This document shows, piece after piece, positions 1-11,217 of a stretch of 64,000 nucleotides of DNA. The stretch's first letter is position 1. Each line of letters opens with the position of its first letter. The notes below the pieces were generated by a model that searched no databases, was not told the origin of the DNA, and was given only the letters and a program-made list of their open reading frames with translations. The DNA is from Zygnema circumcarinatum SAG 698-1b (lineage: Eukaryota; Plantae; Zygnematophyceae): positions 2,452,880-2,516,879 of the forward strand of contig CM074810.1 in assembly GCA_037447605.1 (NCBI GenBank). Reading direction: 5' to 3'. The translations under genes were made by a program, and so were the position numbers.

Positions 1-39
1 CTCTCGCTCTCTCACGCTTAGAGTCGTGTTCTCTCTCAC

Positions 40-1093
40 CTGCGGTAACAGTCCCGGAGGACAGGTTGGGGCTGAGAATGCTGTTGTTGAAGGCGTATTT
101 GAGAGCGCATTTTTTGTTGTTCTGAAAGTATGTGAAGGCCGCGCACTTTAGGGTTGTGCTGCACAAATTGCAGCAGCTCTCCTTGTTGGGAATATCGGTT
201 TCTATGGAGCTCGTAAACAGAGGGTACTCGATCCCAACCTCAAAGTTACACCTGCCTGCCGTAGCTCACCCCACCACAGCCACGATCAGTTAGTCGCCGG
301 CACATTGTATGGCCAATTCGATCAGAACAAGGTCGCTTCAATCAAGGGTACATTATAGCAGTTAAATCCAACAGCTGCATGATTAAACATGCACTCCCTC
401 TCCCTCTCCCTCTCCCTCTTCCTCTCCCTCTCCTTCTCCCCTCCCTCTCCCTCTCCCTCTCCCTCTCCCTCTCCCTCTCCCTCTCCCTCTCCCTCTCCCT
501 CTCCCTGCTGATTTTTTTTTTTAAATGATTGCTCTGGTGGGGTCCCTCCCAATGCCCACCTGTAGCGATCCCCGAGACGGCGGTGGTGTCGGCGGCGACG
601 GTCCAACTGTTCAAGGAGTAGAGCACGCACTTGTTGGCGTTGGCTCCGTTGACATAGAACGTGAAGGCGTTACAGTTAGGGTTTGCGCGGCACTCGAAGC
701 AGCACACGTCCTGGCTCGCTATGGCGGTCAACGTGGTCAACGCAGCCCCGTCGTACCGCGTTCCATTCTGCATGGTGCAGCCTATTTTTATGACCCGCAA
801 AAAAATGAAAAGGCATGGATAGTGTTAGAATCGTTTAGAAACCTATTAGGTTAATTTCATGATAAAAAGTGTGAAAAAGCCAATTCTAAGTAGGTATAAG
901 TCATGTCCGGCGACCGATTCTCAAAACAAAGAGTAAAGTTGATTATGTTTGATTTTTTCGCTTCATATCAGAAAATAAGAGGTCAGGAGGGGAGGGCGTA
1001 AGGGCGTCAGTGTATGTACTCACCGAAGGCTACCACGCTCTGTAGGAGGATAGCCAGCACGGCAGCCATGGCTGCGCGAGTGGAGAAATCCAT
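40..1093 (-). CDS. Secreted PAN/Apple (PAN_4-like) multidomain protein, gene P1, runs off the left window edge
   Basis: Exons 1093-1024 (signal peptide MDFSTRAAMAAVLAILLQSVVAF), 781-560 (GCTMQNGTRYDG...CCFECRANPNC...KCVL), 255-40 (GRCNFEVGIEYPLF...CCNLCSTTLKC...KCALKY). All junctions are GT-AG phase 1; each domain exon has the six-Cys C..CCxxC..C..C PAN pattern. Confidence 0.88.
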
Positions 1094-3609
1094 GGCGGGT
1101 AAAAGGGTCACACGAGGTGAAAGAGAGCAGGAGGTCTAGTGGGAGCAGAAACGAGAGAGAGAAATAGAGAGAGGCACGGAGAAGGAGAGGAGAGGGAGAG
1201 AGAGAGGGGGGAGGAAGATAGAGAGAGGGAGAGCGAGAGAGAGAGAGAGAGGGAAAGATAGCGAGGAGGCAAGTTCCTCTTTTTCGAAGGGGCGGAGGAG
1301 TACAAGTCCGATGCCAAAGGATGGGTCGGCGGCGACTTTAAATAGGCGCGCCGCCCCGCGGCCTCCGCCGGCTGGTGCTCGCACGTGTGACGGTCGACGG
1401 CCATTCGGCAGGGGTCAACGGGAGGCGGGAGGCGGCCGGTCGACACGTGGATCTCCGGACAAGTGGGCGTTTCAGTCCAAATATGTACAAATAGGTACGG
1501 TCCGTACCGTATTTGGAGGCCACCATTAGTCAACAAACCAATGGCGAGGGGCCACGTGCGCACAATTCGCTTACGTGTCGACTCGTCATTGGTTTGGTAC
1601 GGCCGTCGTTCGCCAAACGGAGGGCGGCCCTTGGAGCCGCCCGGGGATCCTCGCCGGCCGGCGAAAAGTTGCCGGTCGGCGAAAGCCGGCGGCCGCTGGC
1701 GACGGTCAACGCGGCGGCAGACAACCGTCAGTTGGGGGCTGTACGGCCTACCGACCGGTAGCCAAACCGTCATCGAGAAAGACAATGAAGAACCGACAAA
1801 TATTTTCCAACGGCCGGACGGGTAGTTGGAACTCTATGGAGGGTTTTTCCATTTGCGGGTAACTAACCACCCACTCTTTGCTCGCCACGTGGCATTTTTG
1901 CAACGTGGCTATCTCTGAGTGGTCGATAGACACTAAACCCTAGCTCTGCTCGGCAACCATCGCAACTACCTTTTGTCGGGAATCGAACGACATTTCAACT
2001 TGTAGACGACCGGCACTGATTTTCACACAGAATCCAGTATCTATTCTTAATGCTACAGTACTGTACAGTAGTACAGACCCTTAAACGACAAAAAATAACC
2101 AGCAGGGCAGGAGAGTCGAATCCCCATTTTGTCCCATTGGCAAGCAGTTAGGGTCCACGTGGCAGAAAATCGACCGTTGGAGAATGCCACGCGGCCTCCG
2201 TACGGCCGTTAGCAAGTCGCCTGACGGTCGGGTCCCCTGCCGGCCGTCACCTCCACAACACGTGACACGTGGCTGGCGTGGTTGTCGTTTTGTGGTCGTC
2301 GTAGGCCTAACGCGGCGTACGGCGACCTATGGCCGGCGCGCTGGGACTGAGGCTGCCACTTCAAGGAGGGCCGGGTACCGTACTGTGGTGGGAGCGAGGG
2401 AGGGAGGGTGAGAGAGGGAGAGTGAGAGGGAGAGAGGGAGAGAGCGAAAGGGAGTGGGAAAGAGGGAGAGAGCGAGAGTGAGAGAGGGAGAGAAAGGGAG
2501 AGAGATGGAGTGAGGGAGTGAGGGGGAGAAAGGGAGGGAGAGAGGAAGGGGGGGTGAAAGAGGGAGAGAGGGAGAGAGAGGGAGAGAGGGAGAGAAAGGA
2601 GAGAGTGGGAGAGAGGGGGGAAAGGGAGAGAGAGAGGGAGAGAGGGAGAGAGGGAGAGAGAGGGAGAGAGAGGAAGAGGAGAAGGAGAAATGGAGAGAGA
2701 GGGAGAGGGCGGGAGTGTGCGAGAGGGTGAAAGGAAGAGAGAGGGAGTGAGAGGGGGAGACGAAGAGAGGGGGAGGGGAGAGGGAGCGAGGGGGAGAGAG
2801 AAGAGAAGTGAGAGTGAGGGAGGGTAAAAGGGAGAGGGAGCAAGGAAGAGGGGGGGGGGGAAGAGGATGAGGGGATACGAGAGTGTAAAGAGATGGAGAA
2901 AGGACGAGAGGGAGAAACAGAGATGGAGAGAGTGGGAGAGCGTAAGCGGGATTGGTAAAACATATAAGTTCAGTCAGTACAAGGGATTGGATAGGGAGGG
3001 ACTCACCTTTATACAGATGCTATTGTGAAAGAGCCCTCCTCTTTTTATTTCTGTCTCTATTGCTGATAACATACAGAGAGTGACGAACCGCATTGGATGC
3101 TTCAGCTTGCGCTCATGTTGTATTCCGTGTGACGGATTTTACAAAAGGAGGAGTTTAGCAAAACGGATGCGATGGGGCTTCTTGGAGCTCCTTCATCATC
3201 ATGACAACACTAATGCAAACTCTTTCTCTTATCCCTAGGTCCTTTGCGGCCAGTTCCTCGTGGTTTCCCATGCTGTTGCTTTTGTCCATTTACATTTGAT
3301 GGCCTTGTCATCGTGAGATCAATGACAATTTCCTGCTTTCTCTTGACACGCGTTTCACGAGGTGCATTGTTTTATCCATTTTTCCTTTGGTTCACGCTCT
3401 GAACCAACTAGACTCGTGAGGTTGACATGGGTCGGAGACTCCATCGATTAGAGAGACCGGAGTTTCAAAGGAGAGATCTGCCGGGATTAAACTTAGGCAT
3501 AGGTTGGACTTCCAACTGCCACGGAACCGCCAAAACCACCAAGTACCGCAAACAAAATCAAAGTAAAAAGTCCTTGCGGATCCCACTACAATCCAAAATA
3601 TCCAATCAG

Positions 3610-3875
3610 CGCTCGCCACGTGGACATTAAAGCGTGCCACGGGGTCCACCGTGGACACCGGATTCGAACGATCTCGACCGGCGGTCACGGTCGACGGCTG
3701 CACGCCCATGTGGCAAGAATATGACACGTGGCAGCCAGGTGGATCCTCATATGCCACGTGGCAGAGCCTGATTGGATATTTTTTGTGGTGGGCAGCGCCA
3801 AACGCCGATCGCAAAGTGCAAGAGCTCTTTAAGGGCCGGGCCCCCAAATCGGACACGTGGCAGCCACGTGGATAG
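3610..3875. promoter_or_regulatory. Dense cluster of CACGTG (G-box-like) palindromes
   Basis: At least five CACGTG in ~260 bp, including the repeated GACACGTGGCAGCCA(G/C)GTGGAT; target gene not identified. Confidence 0.3.
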
Positions 3876-3899
3876 AGTACACGGGAAAGCGTCGTGCCG

Positions 3900-3985
3900 C
3901 ACACGACGCCAAACAGCGTCATGGCACACGACGCCAAACAGCGTCATGGAAGCGTCATGGCACACGACGCCAAACAGCGTCATGG
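3900..3985. repeat. 25-bp tandem repeat x3
   Basis: CACACGACGCCAAACAGCGTCATGG at 3900, 3925 and 3961. Confidence 0.85.
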
Positions 3986-4332
3986 AACCCTCACTGGCTC
4001 CAATGGTCGCCGCGTGCCCGTAAATCTATGCTTACAAATTCAATTTTGACCCATTTTCTGAGCGGTGCAAACGCTTTGAGTTGAGATCAAGGAACCGCCA
4101 GTGCCAGTAATGCTAACGTCGGCAGAGCGCAAGAAAAGTTTGTTTATAAAAACTTTGACATTTACATGAAACGGACACTTGATCCGTACGGTACAGACAT
4201 TAACCCATACGGTACGGACGGTATCTTTCGTACGTTGTGCGAATCTGCGACTGGTCGACGTGGTCCAATCACATGTCGCCACGTATAGACAGGCAGTGTT
4301 GTTGTGTACAAAACGACAAAAGACTTACACTT

Positions 4333-4517
4333 CTAAAACCCTAAACCGATCCCTGAACGCTAAGCTCCTAACCCTAAAACCCTGAGCCCTAAAATCTTAA
4401 ACCCTAAACCCTAAACCCTAAACCTTAGCCCTGCCCTAAAACCCTAAACCCTAAACCCTAGCCCTAAACCCTAAACCCTAAACCCTAAAAAATCTTAAAC
4501 CCTAAAGCCTGAAACCT
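4333..4517. repeat. Degenerate interstitial telomere-like array (CCCTAAA)n
   Basis: Runs of AAACCCT with variants, just downstream of the Kelch gene stop. Confidence 0.8.
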
Positions 4518-4606
4518 TTTTTGTGCATACGACGGACTCACTGTAGAGTGACGCTGAGAAATTTCGGTGCAAAAGAGTAAAAGACAAAAAAGTTATGTCT
4601 CTCAAT

Positions 4607-5939
4607 CTACATCGCCATCACAGCGTGCCCCAAAACGACCCCCTCATGGTCTCCTCCCATCGCTGCCAGCGATTTCCATGCTTTGATGTTGTTCCGTTGG
4701 CCGTTGATTTGCCCCTCTCCATGTGCTCCTCCGTTCCGTCCCTCCTCAACAGACTCGCTAACTGTCACATGGAACGCCTCCAAACTGTTCAGCTTCTGAG
4801 TGCGCGGATTCGCCAATGGGACCTTCACTCCGCCAAAAAGAAAAAATCTATCTTCGATAGAGGTCAAACCGAAGCCAAGCCGAAAATTTTGGGTACTTTT
4901 AAAGGGTAAATTTCCGACCTTTTTCCACTCATTGGTTGAGGGGATATATGTGTGAATAGTTCCGTAACGGTCCGCCGTGTACAGCTTGTCGTTTACAACT
5001 GTACATGGAGAGGGGACCTTGCCACAGGAAACCAAAAAGAAAAGAAAAGAAAAAAGAGAAAAGAAAAGAAAAGAAAAGAAAAGAAAAGAAAAGAAAAGAA
5101 AAGAAAAGAAAGAAGACAAAGAGAGAGATGAATGAACCGCAAAAGAATTAAAAGAAAGAAGAAGACGATAATGAGATTTACGTGTTTTGCAATGGTCTGG
5201 TTATCAGTTTTTTCAGGCATGGAGTGGTTGAGAAGGGAGGACAGTGGGAGGATGTCGCGAGAGAGAGCGAGAGCGAGAATGAGGGGAGGGAGAGAGAGTG
5301 GGGAGAGAGCGAGAGAGGGAAGAGAGGAAGAGAAAGGGAAAGAGAGAGTGAGAGAAAGAGGGCAGAGAGAGAGAGTGGGGAGAGAGACAAAGAGACGAGA
5401 GGAAGAGAAAGAGAGAAAGAGAGAGAGATATGGAGAGAGACAGAGGAAGAGAGAGCGAGAGAGAGAGAGAGAGAGAGTAGTAGGGTTTGCTTACTTTGTT
5501 CCCATCGAGCCACATGCCTTCAACGAGGTTCCATGTGCCAAATTTTGGGCAAAATAGTTCCGCCGATCTTTTGAGCGGAGGCGAGCGCACCATCCGCCAA
5601 TCGTGATGCTCCACCTCGCCGGAAATCACGCACAGTTTTCCGTTCAGTACAACGGAACTGTGACTGGACCGCGCCAGTTCCATGCTCGGGATAGGCTCCC
5701 ACCGATCATCTTCAGGAAAATAGACCTTCATAACATCCCAAATGATTTCCAACCGGTTCGTTTTTTTTTTTTTGCTTCTTTTTTTTTAGGGTTATGAGAG
5801 ATCGGGAGAGCGGTTGGGGAGGGGGAAGAGAGCGAAAGAGAGAGAGAGAGAGAGAGGGGGGNNNNNNNNNNGGGAGGGGGAAGAGAGCGAAAGAGAGAGA
5901 GAGAGAGAGAGGGGGGGGGGAAGAGAGAGAGAGGAAGAA

Positions 5940-5971
<32 letters not shown>

Positions 5972-8569
5972 AGATAAAAGCACCCAGTTGAGTGACTGCA
6001 GCAGCTCCCAGAAAATTAGGGCTAAGCGCGGGCGCTTAACCTCACTCTCTCCCCCCCTCGCTCTCACTATCCCTCTCTCTCTCTCCCTCTCCCTCTGCCT
6101 CTCCCTCTCCCTCTCCCTCTCCCTCTCTTTCTCTCTCTCTCTCCCTCCCTCACCTCCGCCGCGCTGAGGAAGGCCGTCCTCCCCTGTCCGCCTGTCACGT
6201 AGACGCGGCCCCCCATCACGGCGCAGCCAAAGAATGCTCGCGCTGACGTCATCGGAGCCGCTACACCCCATTTATTGGTAATGGGGTCGAAAAATCGCAC
6301 GTCTGCGGTGATCTCGCCTGGAAGGGGAAGGAAAAATGAAAGTAAAAATATAAGCAAATGATGAATGGAATAAAAATGAGCTCAAAAGGAAGGTTTCTTC
6401 TTATATTTTAAAGTAGCAAATAATAGAGGGGGATATCGAATACGTGAGTGAATTCCAACCCTAATTTAAGTTGAAATATGAAACGTCTGAAAGTAGGCCG
6501 ATGACCCTTGAACCCAAAAACCGCTGTGAAACCGGATATGCCCTAAACCCTAACCCTTCAACCCTAAACCCTCCACTCTGAAGCTTAAACCCTAAAACAT
6601 AAACCCTAAACCCTACCCCCTTGAACCATAAACCCTAAGCCTTGAACCCTCAACCCTACACCGTAAAGCTTAAAACCTACACCCTACACCCTAAAGCTTA
6701 AACCCTGAATCCGAAACTCTCAATCCTAACCCTGACCCCCCCTAAAGCCTAACCCTAAGCCCTAAGGCCCTAAGCCCTAAACCCTGAACCCTAACCCTTA
6801 GCCTAAACCCTAAGCCCTAAGCCCTAAACCCTAAACCCGAAACCCTAAGCCTTAAGCCCTGAACCTAAGCCCTGAACCCTAAGCCCTGAACCCTAACCCT
6901 GAACCCTGAACCCAGAACCCTGAACCCTGAAGCCTGAACCCTAAACCCTAAACCCTGAACCCTGAACCTTAAACCCTAAACCCTGAACCCTGAACCCTAA
7001 ACCCTTAACCCTGAACCTTAAACCCTAAACCCTAAACCCTAAACCCTACACCCTACACCCTACACCCTGAACCCTACACCCTGAACCCTGAACCCTACAC
7101 CCTAAACCCTAAACCTTAAACCTTAAACCCTAAACTCTAAGCCCTCAAACCCAGACCTCCAAACCCCCAAGTTTGCAACCCTAAGTTGTGCCGCGACCCC
7201 GACCCGGGCAGTCCGTACCGTTCCATGTGCCGCCCAGGACGAACAGTTTTCCGTTCGCGGCGGCGCATGCGAAGCCCTCCCCTGCGCCCTCTCCCTCGCC
7301 GCCCATGCGCGGCCCCGCGTGCCACGTGTCGCGCTGCGGGTCGTACACGTGGAAGGGCGCGCCACGTGGCTCCTCCGTGAGCGCGTACAGCCACGGCTCC
7401 GCGAGCCCGCGCTCCCTCCGCACCTCGTACAGCCGTACGGACCGTACGGCCACCCGCCACGCGCGCGACACGTGGCGCGCCAGGGGGAGCTCGCCACGTG
7501 GCACGCAGGCGACCACGTGGAGCGCCACATCGTCCGGGAGACCCGGGAGGAGGGCCTCTAGGGGCGCGCCACATGGCAGGCCCTCGCCACGTGGCGGGTC
7601 TTCGCCGTCCGCCATTTTTCCAGCCAAAGCGGAAGTCGTCGAAGGGACGCACTTTTGTAGAAGCGTTCTTTCCGTTCCCCGCAACGGAGTGACTAACTGC
7701 CACGCAAGCGCAGCGAACGCCTGCGATTCCATCCTTGACTTTTCAAAGAGAAGGTCCTGAGAGCTTCGAGAAGAGGATGAAGAAGAAAAAGAAGAAGAAC
7801 AAGGGCCGCTTCCAGAACTTGATCCTACGGAACTTGCATTGTCCATATTATGAAAAAGGACACTGTTTTGAAGTGGGGTGATTCGACAGCATTTGAAACG
7901 AGTTCGAGTGGTGGGATATGTGGGAGGGAGAGGGGGATGGGAGGAGAGGGAGAGGGAGAGAGAAGGTTGAAAGTCGATCACTTTGTTGAGGGCGTCGGAG
8001 GGGGACAGCTTCATGCATAGGGACCTCCAGAGCTGGCCCTCAACACCTGCAATTCGACATGGAAATGAATGACTTGGATCAGCTCTTCCTCTCCTCAGCC
8101 CCCCTTTTCGCCCTCTCCCTCACCCTGTCTCTGTCTCAGTTTCTGTCTCTCTCTCTGTCTCCCTCACTCTCTCTCTCTCTCTCTATATATATATATCTCT
8201 ATCCCTCCATCACTCATCATCTCCACACTCTCTTTCCACCCGCACAATCCATCCTAGCCCTCCTCCCGTTCAATCCTCCCTCCTTAACATCCTCCCCATC
8301 ATCCCCCCACCTTCCCCTCTCCCGCCCCCCTCCTCCCACTTTGCCTCTGCCTCCCCCCCCTCTCCCCCTGTCCCTCCCTCCCTCCCTCCCTCCCTCCCTC
8401 CCTCCCACTCACCGAGGACGAAGAAGCGCCTGCAGACCGCCATGGCAGCTGCGAGATCGAGCGGCTGCGACAGCTTTGCTAGCACATTCAAAAGAGCTTC
8501 GTCGTCCAGGGCATGAAGGCGGTCCTCACCCTCCCCCGCCTCTCTCTCTCGCTCTCCCTCCACCTCCAT
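4607..8569 (-). CDS. F-box/Kelch-repeat protein carrying an extra N-terminal At4g00755-type F-box (chimeric double F-box gene)
   Basis: Exons 8569-8413, 8046-7219, 6317-6154, 5725-5495, 5017-4607 join in frame via GT-AG. F-box 1: LHALDDEALLNVLAKLSQPLDLAAAMAVCRRF...LWRSLC. F-box 2: LLPGLPDDVALHVVACVPRGELPLARHVSRAW. Kelch motifs: GKLFVLGG, FFDPITNKW, GGRVYVTGG, NGKLCVISG, DRFFLFGG. Confidence 0.8.
6541..7150. repeat. Intronic telomere-like array (CCCTAAA/CCCTGAA/CCCTAAG)n
   Basis: ~600 bp of degenerate heptamers inside the intron between exons 8046-7219 and 6317-6154. Confidence 0.85.
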
Positions 8570-9424
8570 GGATTCACTGCTCCTCCTCGCTGAGTCTGCA
8601 AGGTTTCTCAGAGCACTAAAGACCTTCTCTCGCTGAGAAAGACACTCTTTCAAACCGGAGGTGGGAGAATGGCTCCCTCTCCCTCTCCCTCCTCTCTCTT
8701 TCCTTCTCCCTCCTCTCTCCCTCTCCCTCCCTCCTCCCTCCTCCCTCCCTCTCCCTCCCTCCTCCCTCACTCTCCCTCCTCCCTCCTTCTCCCTCCTCCC
8801 TCCTCCCTCCTCCCTCCTCCCTCCTCCCTCCTCCCTCCCCTCCCTCTCTCCCACAAACAATCTTTCAAGAGTTAATCGACGAGGGCTTCTCCCTCGTATT
8901 CAGCAAGGCCGGCTGTCCATCGTACGCACACTAGTCTAATCACGTTATAGTGACTGTGTCGGTCCCCAGATGTTTGTGTCACTATATCGGTAATGACCCG
9001 TTTGTCATTTCACATTTATAGTAACAATGTTATTAGATATGTTTTTACGGTATATCCGTACGCCTTTGATACCGTACATTGTACTTTTTGGGCAGGCGTC
9101 ACGTGCAGGGCTCTTCAAATAGGGGAGATCCCCTAAATATCGTAAATAGCTTATTTATGTAAGATTTTGAGATTGGTTTACGTGATTTCAACTTAAATAC
9201 CACACAAGCCCCAAAAAAGCATTTTTTTGGTTGAAAACAAAAAGGAAATGAATTGCATTTGCAACCACGATAGCAATGATGTATATGAACTTTACTTGTT
9301 GGTATAATAACACGGCTTTAGAAACTGGTGCAACCTTTTCGACTCTTATAGATTGGTAAATTTTACCAATCAATTAGAACAACTGTGCATTTGGCAATCA
9401 CAACATGTAGTTGCTTATTCAAAA

Positions 9425-9927
9425 TGTAGCGAAACGCTACAGCCACCGGGGCGCTACGCGCACCTCGGAGATCTCCGTACGGTTTGTTCGTACCGACTGT
9501 CAGTCCGGTCAGAGATCGGACTGCCGGGGGACTGACATACTAGGACCGCGTGCGTACGGACGCGCGCCGCCTTTCGGCGGGCGCCGCGCGCAGGTGTCGG
9601 TCGCGTGTCGCATATGCGCGTCGTATGCGCGCGTCGTATGCGCGCGTCGTATATGCGGCGACGTCGAACCTCGCGCGACGGCTTCGGGCCGAGCGCTGAC
9701 ATATATTCCACGTGGCGATCCGCCACGGGCCACACCAGCCACGCGGCGTCTCGCCAGTGGTGGGCCCTGCTTCCGGTCCCTCATGCTGGTAGAGGGTTCG
9801 ACGGGGGAAGCGTATAGGGGCGGGGGCGAATGCAATGGCATTCAACCCGGAAACCGGCTTCTCTCTTCCGCTACCTCCCACGCTTCCTCGCTGACTCGCC
9901 AGACCAGTTCCCCGACCTTTCATTACA
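9425..9927 (+). repeat. 5' LTR of the chromovirus
   Basis: Begins TGTAGCGAAACGCTACA, ends TTTCATTACA; its last ~290 bp match 30454-30746 with only 3 substitutions seen. Confidence 0.92.
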
Positions 9928-9958
9928 TTGGTATCAGAGCCATTTTTCTTGATCCTGC

Positions 9959-10353
9959 GGCTGCTCACNNNNNNNNNNAAGGCAACCGCGGATGTAAGTA
10001 CTAGGTCATACACTCAATGTATACCGTTCGTTACATTCCTCCCCACCTAAACCGTGCTCGTCCTCGAGCACCATGCTCAAGGGTTTTCACGAGCGCGTTC
10101 AAGCTCCTTCATCACATGGACCTACAGACTTGGCTGCTCCAGCTCAACCAATCTGTACCATGCTCAGAGATCACGGTGTTTTTAGGGTGGATTGCAAATA
10201 CCAGTCCTTAGGCTCTGATACCAATGTAACAAACCCGCCTCCAGCAGGGTTCGAACTCAGGACCTCCCGGTATTCACCTAAGTGCTTTACCATTAAAAGG
10301 CAACCGCAGATGTAAGTACTAGGTCATACACTCAATGTATACCGTTCGTTACA
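9959..10353 (-). mobile_element. TRIM (miniature LTR retroelement) with tRNA-like LTRs
   Basis: 129-bp LTR 10225-10353; PBS (revcomp of TGGTATCAGAGC) 10212-10223; ~175-bp non-coding interior; PPT 10036-10048; second LTR ending at 10035, its left part lost in an N gap; possible TSD CCTGC (9954-9958, 10354-10358). Confidence 0.82.
10237..10307 (-). other. tRNA-like Pol III cassette inside the LTR (second copy 12661-12731)
   Basis: Minus strand GCGGTTGCCTTTTAATGGTAAAGCACTTAGGTGAATACCGGGAGGTCCTGAGTTCGAACCCTGCTGGAGGC: D-arm-like CTTT-TAATGGT-AAAG, AGGTC variable region, B-box GTTCGAACC. Acceptor and anticodon arms are degenerate, so this is not called a functional tRNA. Confidence 0.65.
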
Positions 10354-10572
10354 CCTGCCCCACGGGCAGGGGCCCCTGCGATATCCGATGGGGTCATCCT
10401 CCCCCGTTGTGGGGGATACCCCACCGGATACACCTGCGGGTGGGACGGGTCGGGTGGCCCTGACCCCGCAGGCGCTGGCACCACCCCCTGACTGGGGTTT
10501 GCGCAACCGCGCCAAGGTCCCGCCCATTTCGTTGTGGGGGGAGCGACCGGCTACCGACTGCCCTTTTGAGCA

Positions 10573-11217
10573 GTGGGTCAGTCAGACCGAGGGGTACCTT
10601 TACGCGACCCGCTGCCCACCGGNNNNNNNNNNAACAAGCACTTTGGCGTGCTCGACCCCAGCTTGGAGGGTCGCCGGAAGTATGCCACTTTGGTGCAGAC
10701 CGGCAGCGTGCTTCAGTTCCTCCGCGACTGCCGAGACATGGTGTCCACGATTACTCGTGACACCCCTTCCGAGATTGAACAGTTCTACAGGTTCTCCATG
10801 GGGTTGAAACCTCACATTGCTAACCAACTGTTGCTCAATCCCGCTACTTCTAAGCCCTGGGTGGCTGCGGACGCAGATTTGTTTTATGCGGCCGCTGTGA
10901 ACGCGGACGCGCGGGCCGTAGCGGCAGACCCTTGGCGTGGGACTTGGTCCCCTGTACCCTCTGGCTCCAACTTGCCTCGGCGGGAGACCCCACCCTTTCG
11001 CGCCCCACGTGGGGGCGGGAGGGGGCCCAAGCGTCCTGGCGACGCACCAGCCCAGACCTTGGTGGCGAAAGTCCCCAAGTTGACGTCCCAAGAAGCGGAC
11101 AGGCTCAAGAAGGAGGGCAGATGCTACCGGTGCCGACAGGCGGGGCATCTCGCTCGTGACTGTCCTAAGGGTCAGCAGAATCCTGGCCCGGAAAACGGAC
11201 CTCCACTTGCAGTCTAG
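10573..11217 (+). CDS. gag: Ty3 Gag (C-terminal part) with CCHC zinc knuckle
   Basis: EGRCYRCRQAGHLARDCP; upstream capsid-like FSMGLKPHI; interrupted by an N gap at ~10622. Confidence 0.85.
   Translation: MGQSDRGVPLRDPLPTXXXXNKHFGVLDPSLEGRRKYATLVQTGSVLQFLRDCRDMVSTITRDTPSEIEQFYRFSMGLKPHIANQLLLNPATSKPWVAADADLFYAAAVNADARAVAADPWRGTWSPVPSGSNLPRRETPPFRAPRGGGRGPKRPGDAPAQTLVAKVPKLTSQEADRLKKEGRCYRCRQAGHLARDCPKGQQNPGPENGPPLAV

Noticed and set aside
2200-3075. Possible two-exon mini-gene on the minus strand (donor ~3006, acceptor ~2373)
   Set aside because: Splice-like sites flank a CT tract, but the peptide is short and resembles nothing I recognise.
3900-3985. CRISPR-like array
   Set aside because: Repeats are adjacent with no unique spacers; eukaryotic context.
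10237-10307. A bona fide tRNA gene
   Set aside because: Acceptor stem does not pair, the anticodon loop differs between copies (4 vs 6 nt) and the T-stem is mismatched; treated as tRNA-derived only.
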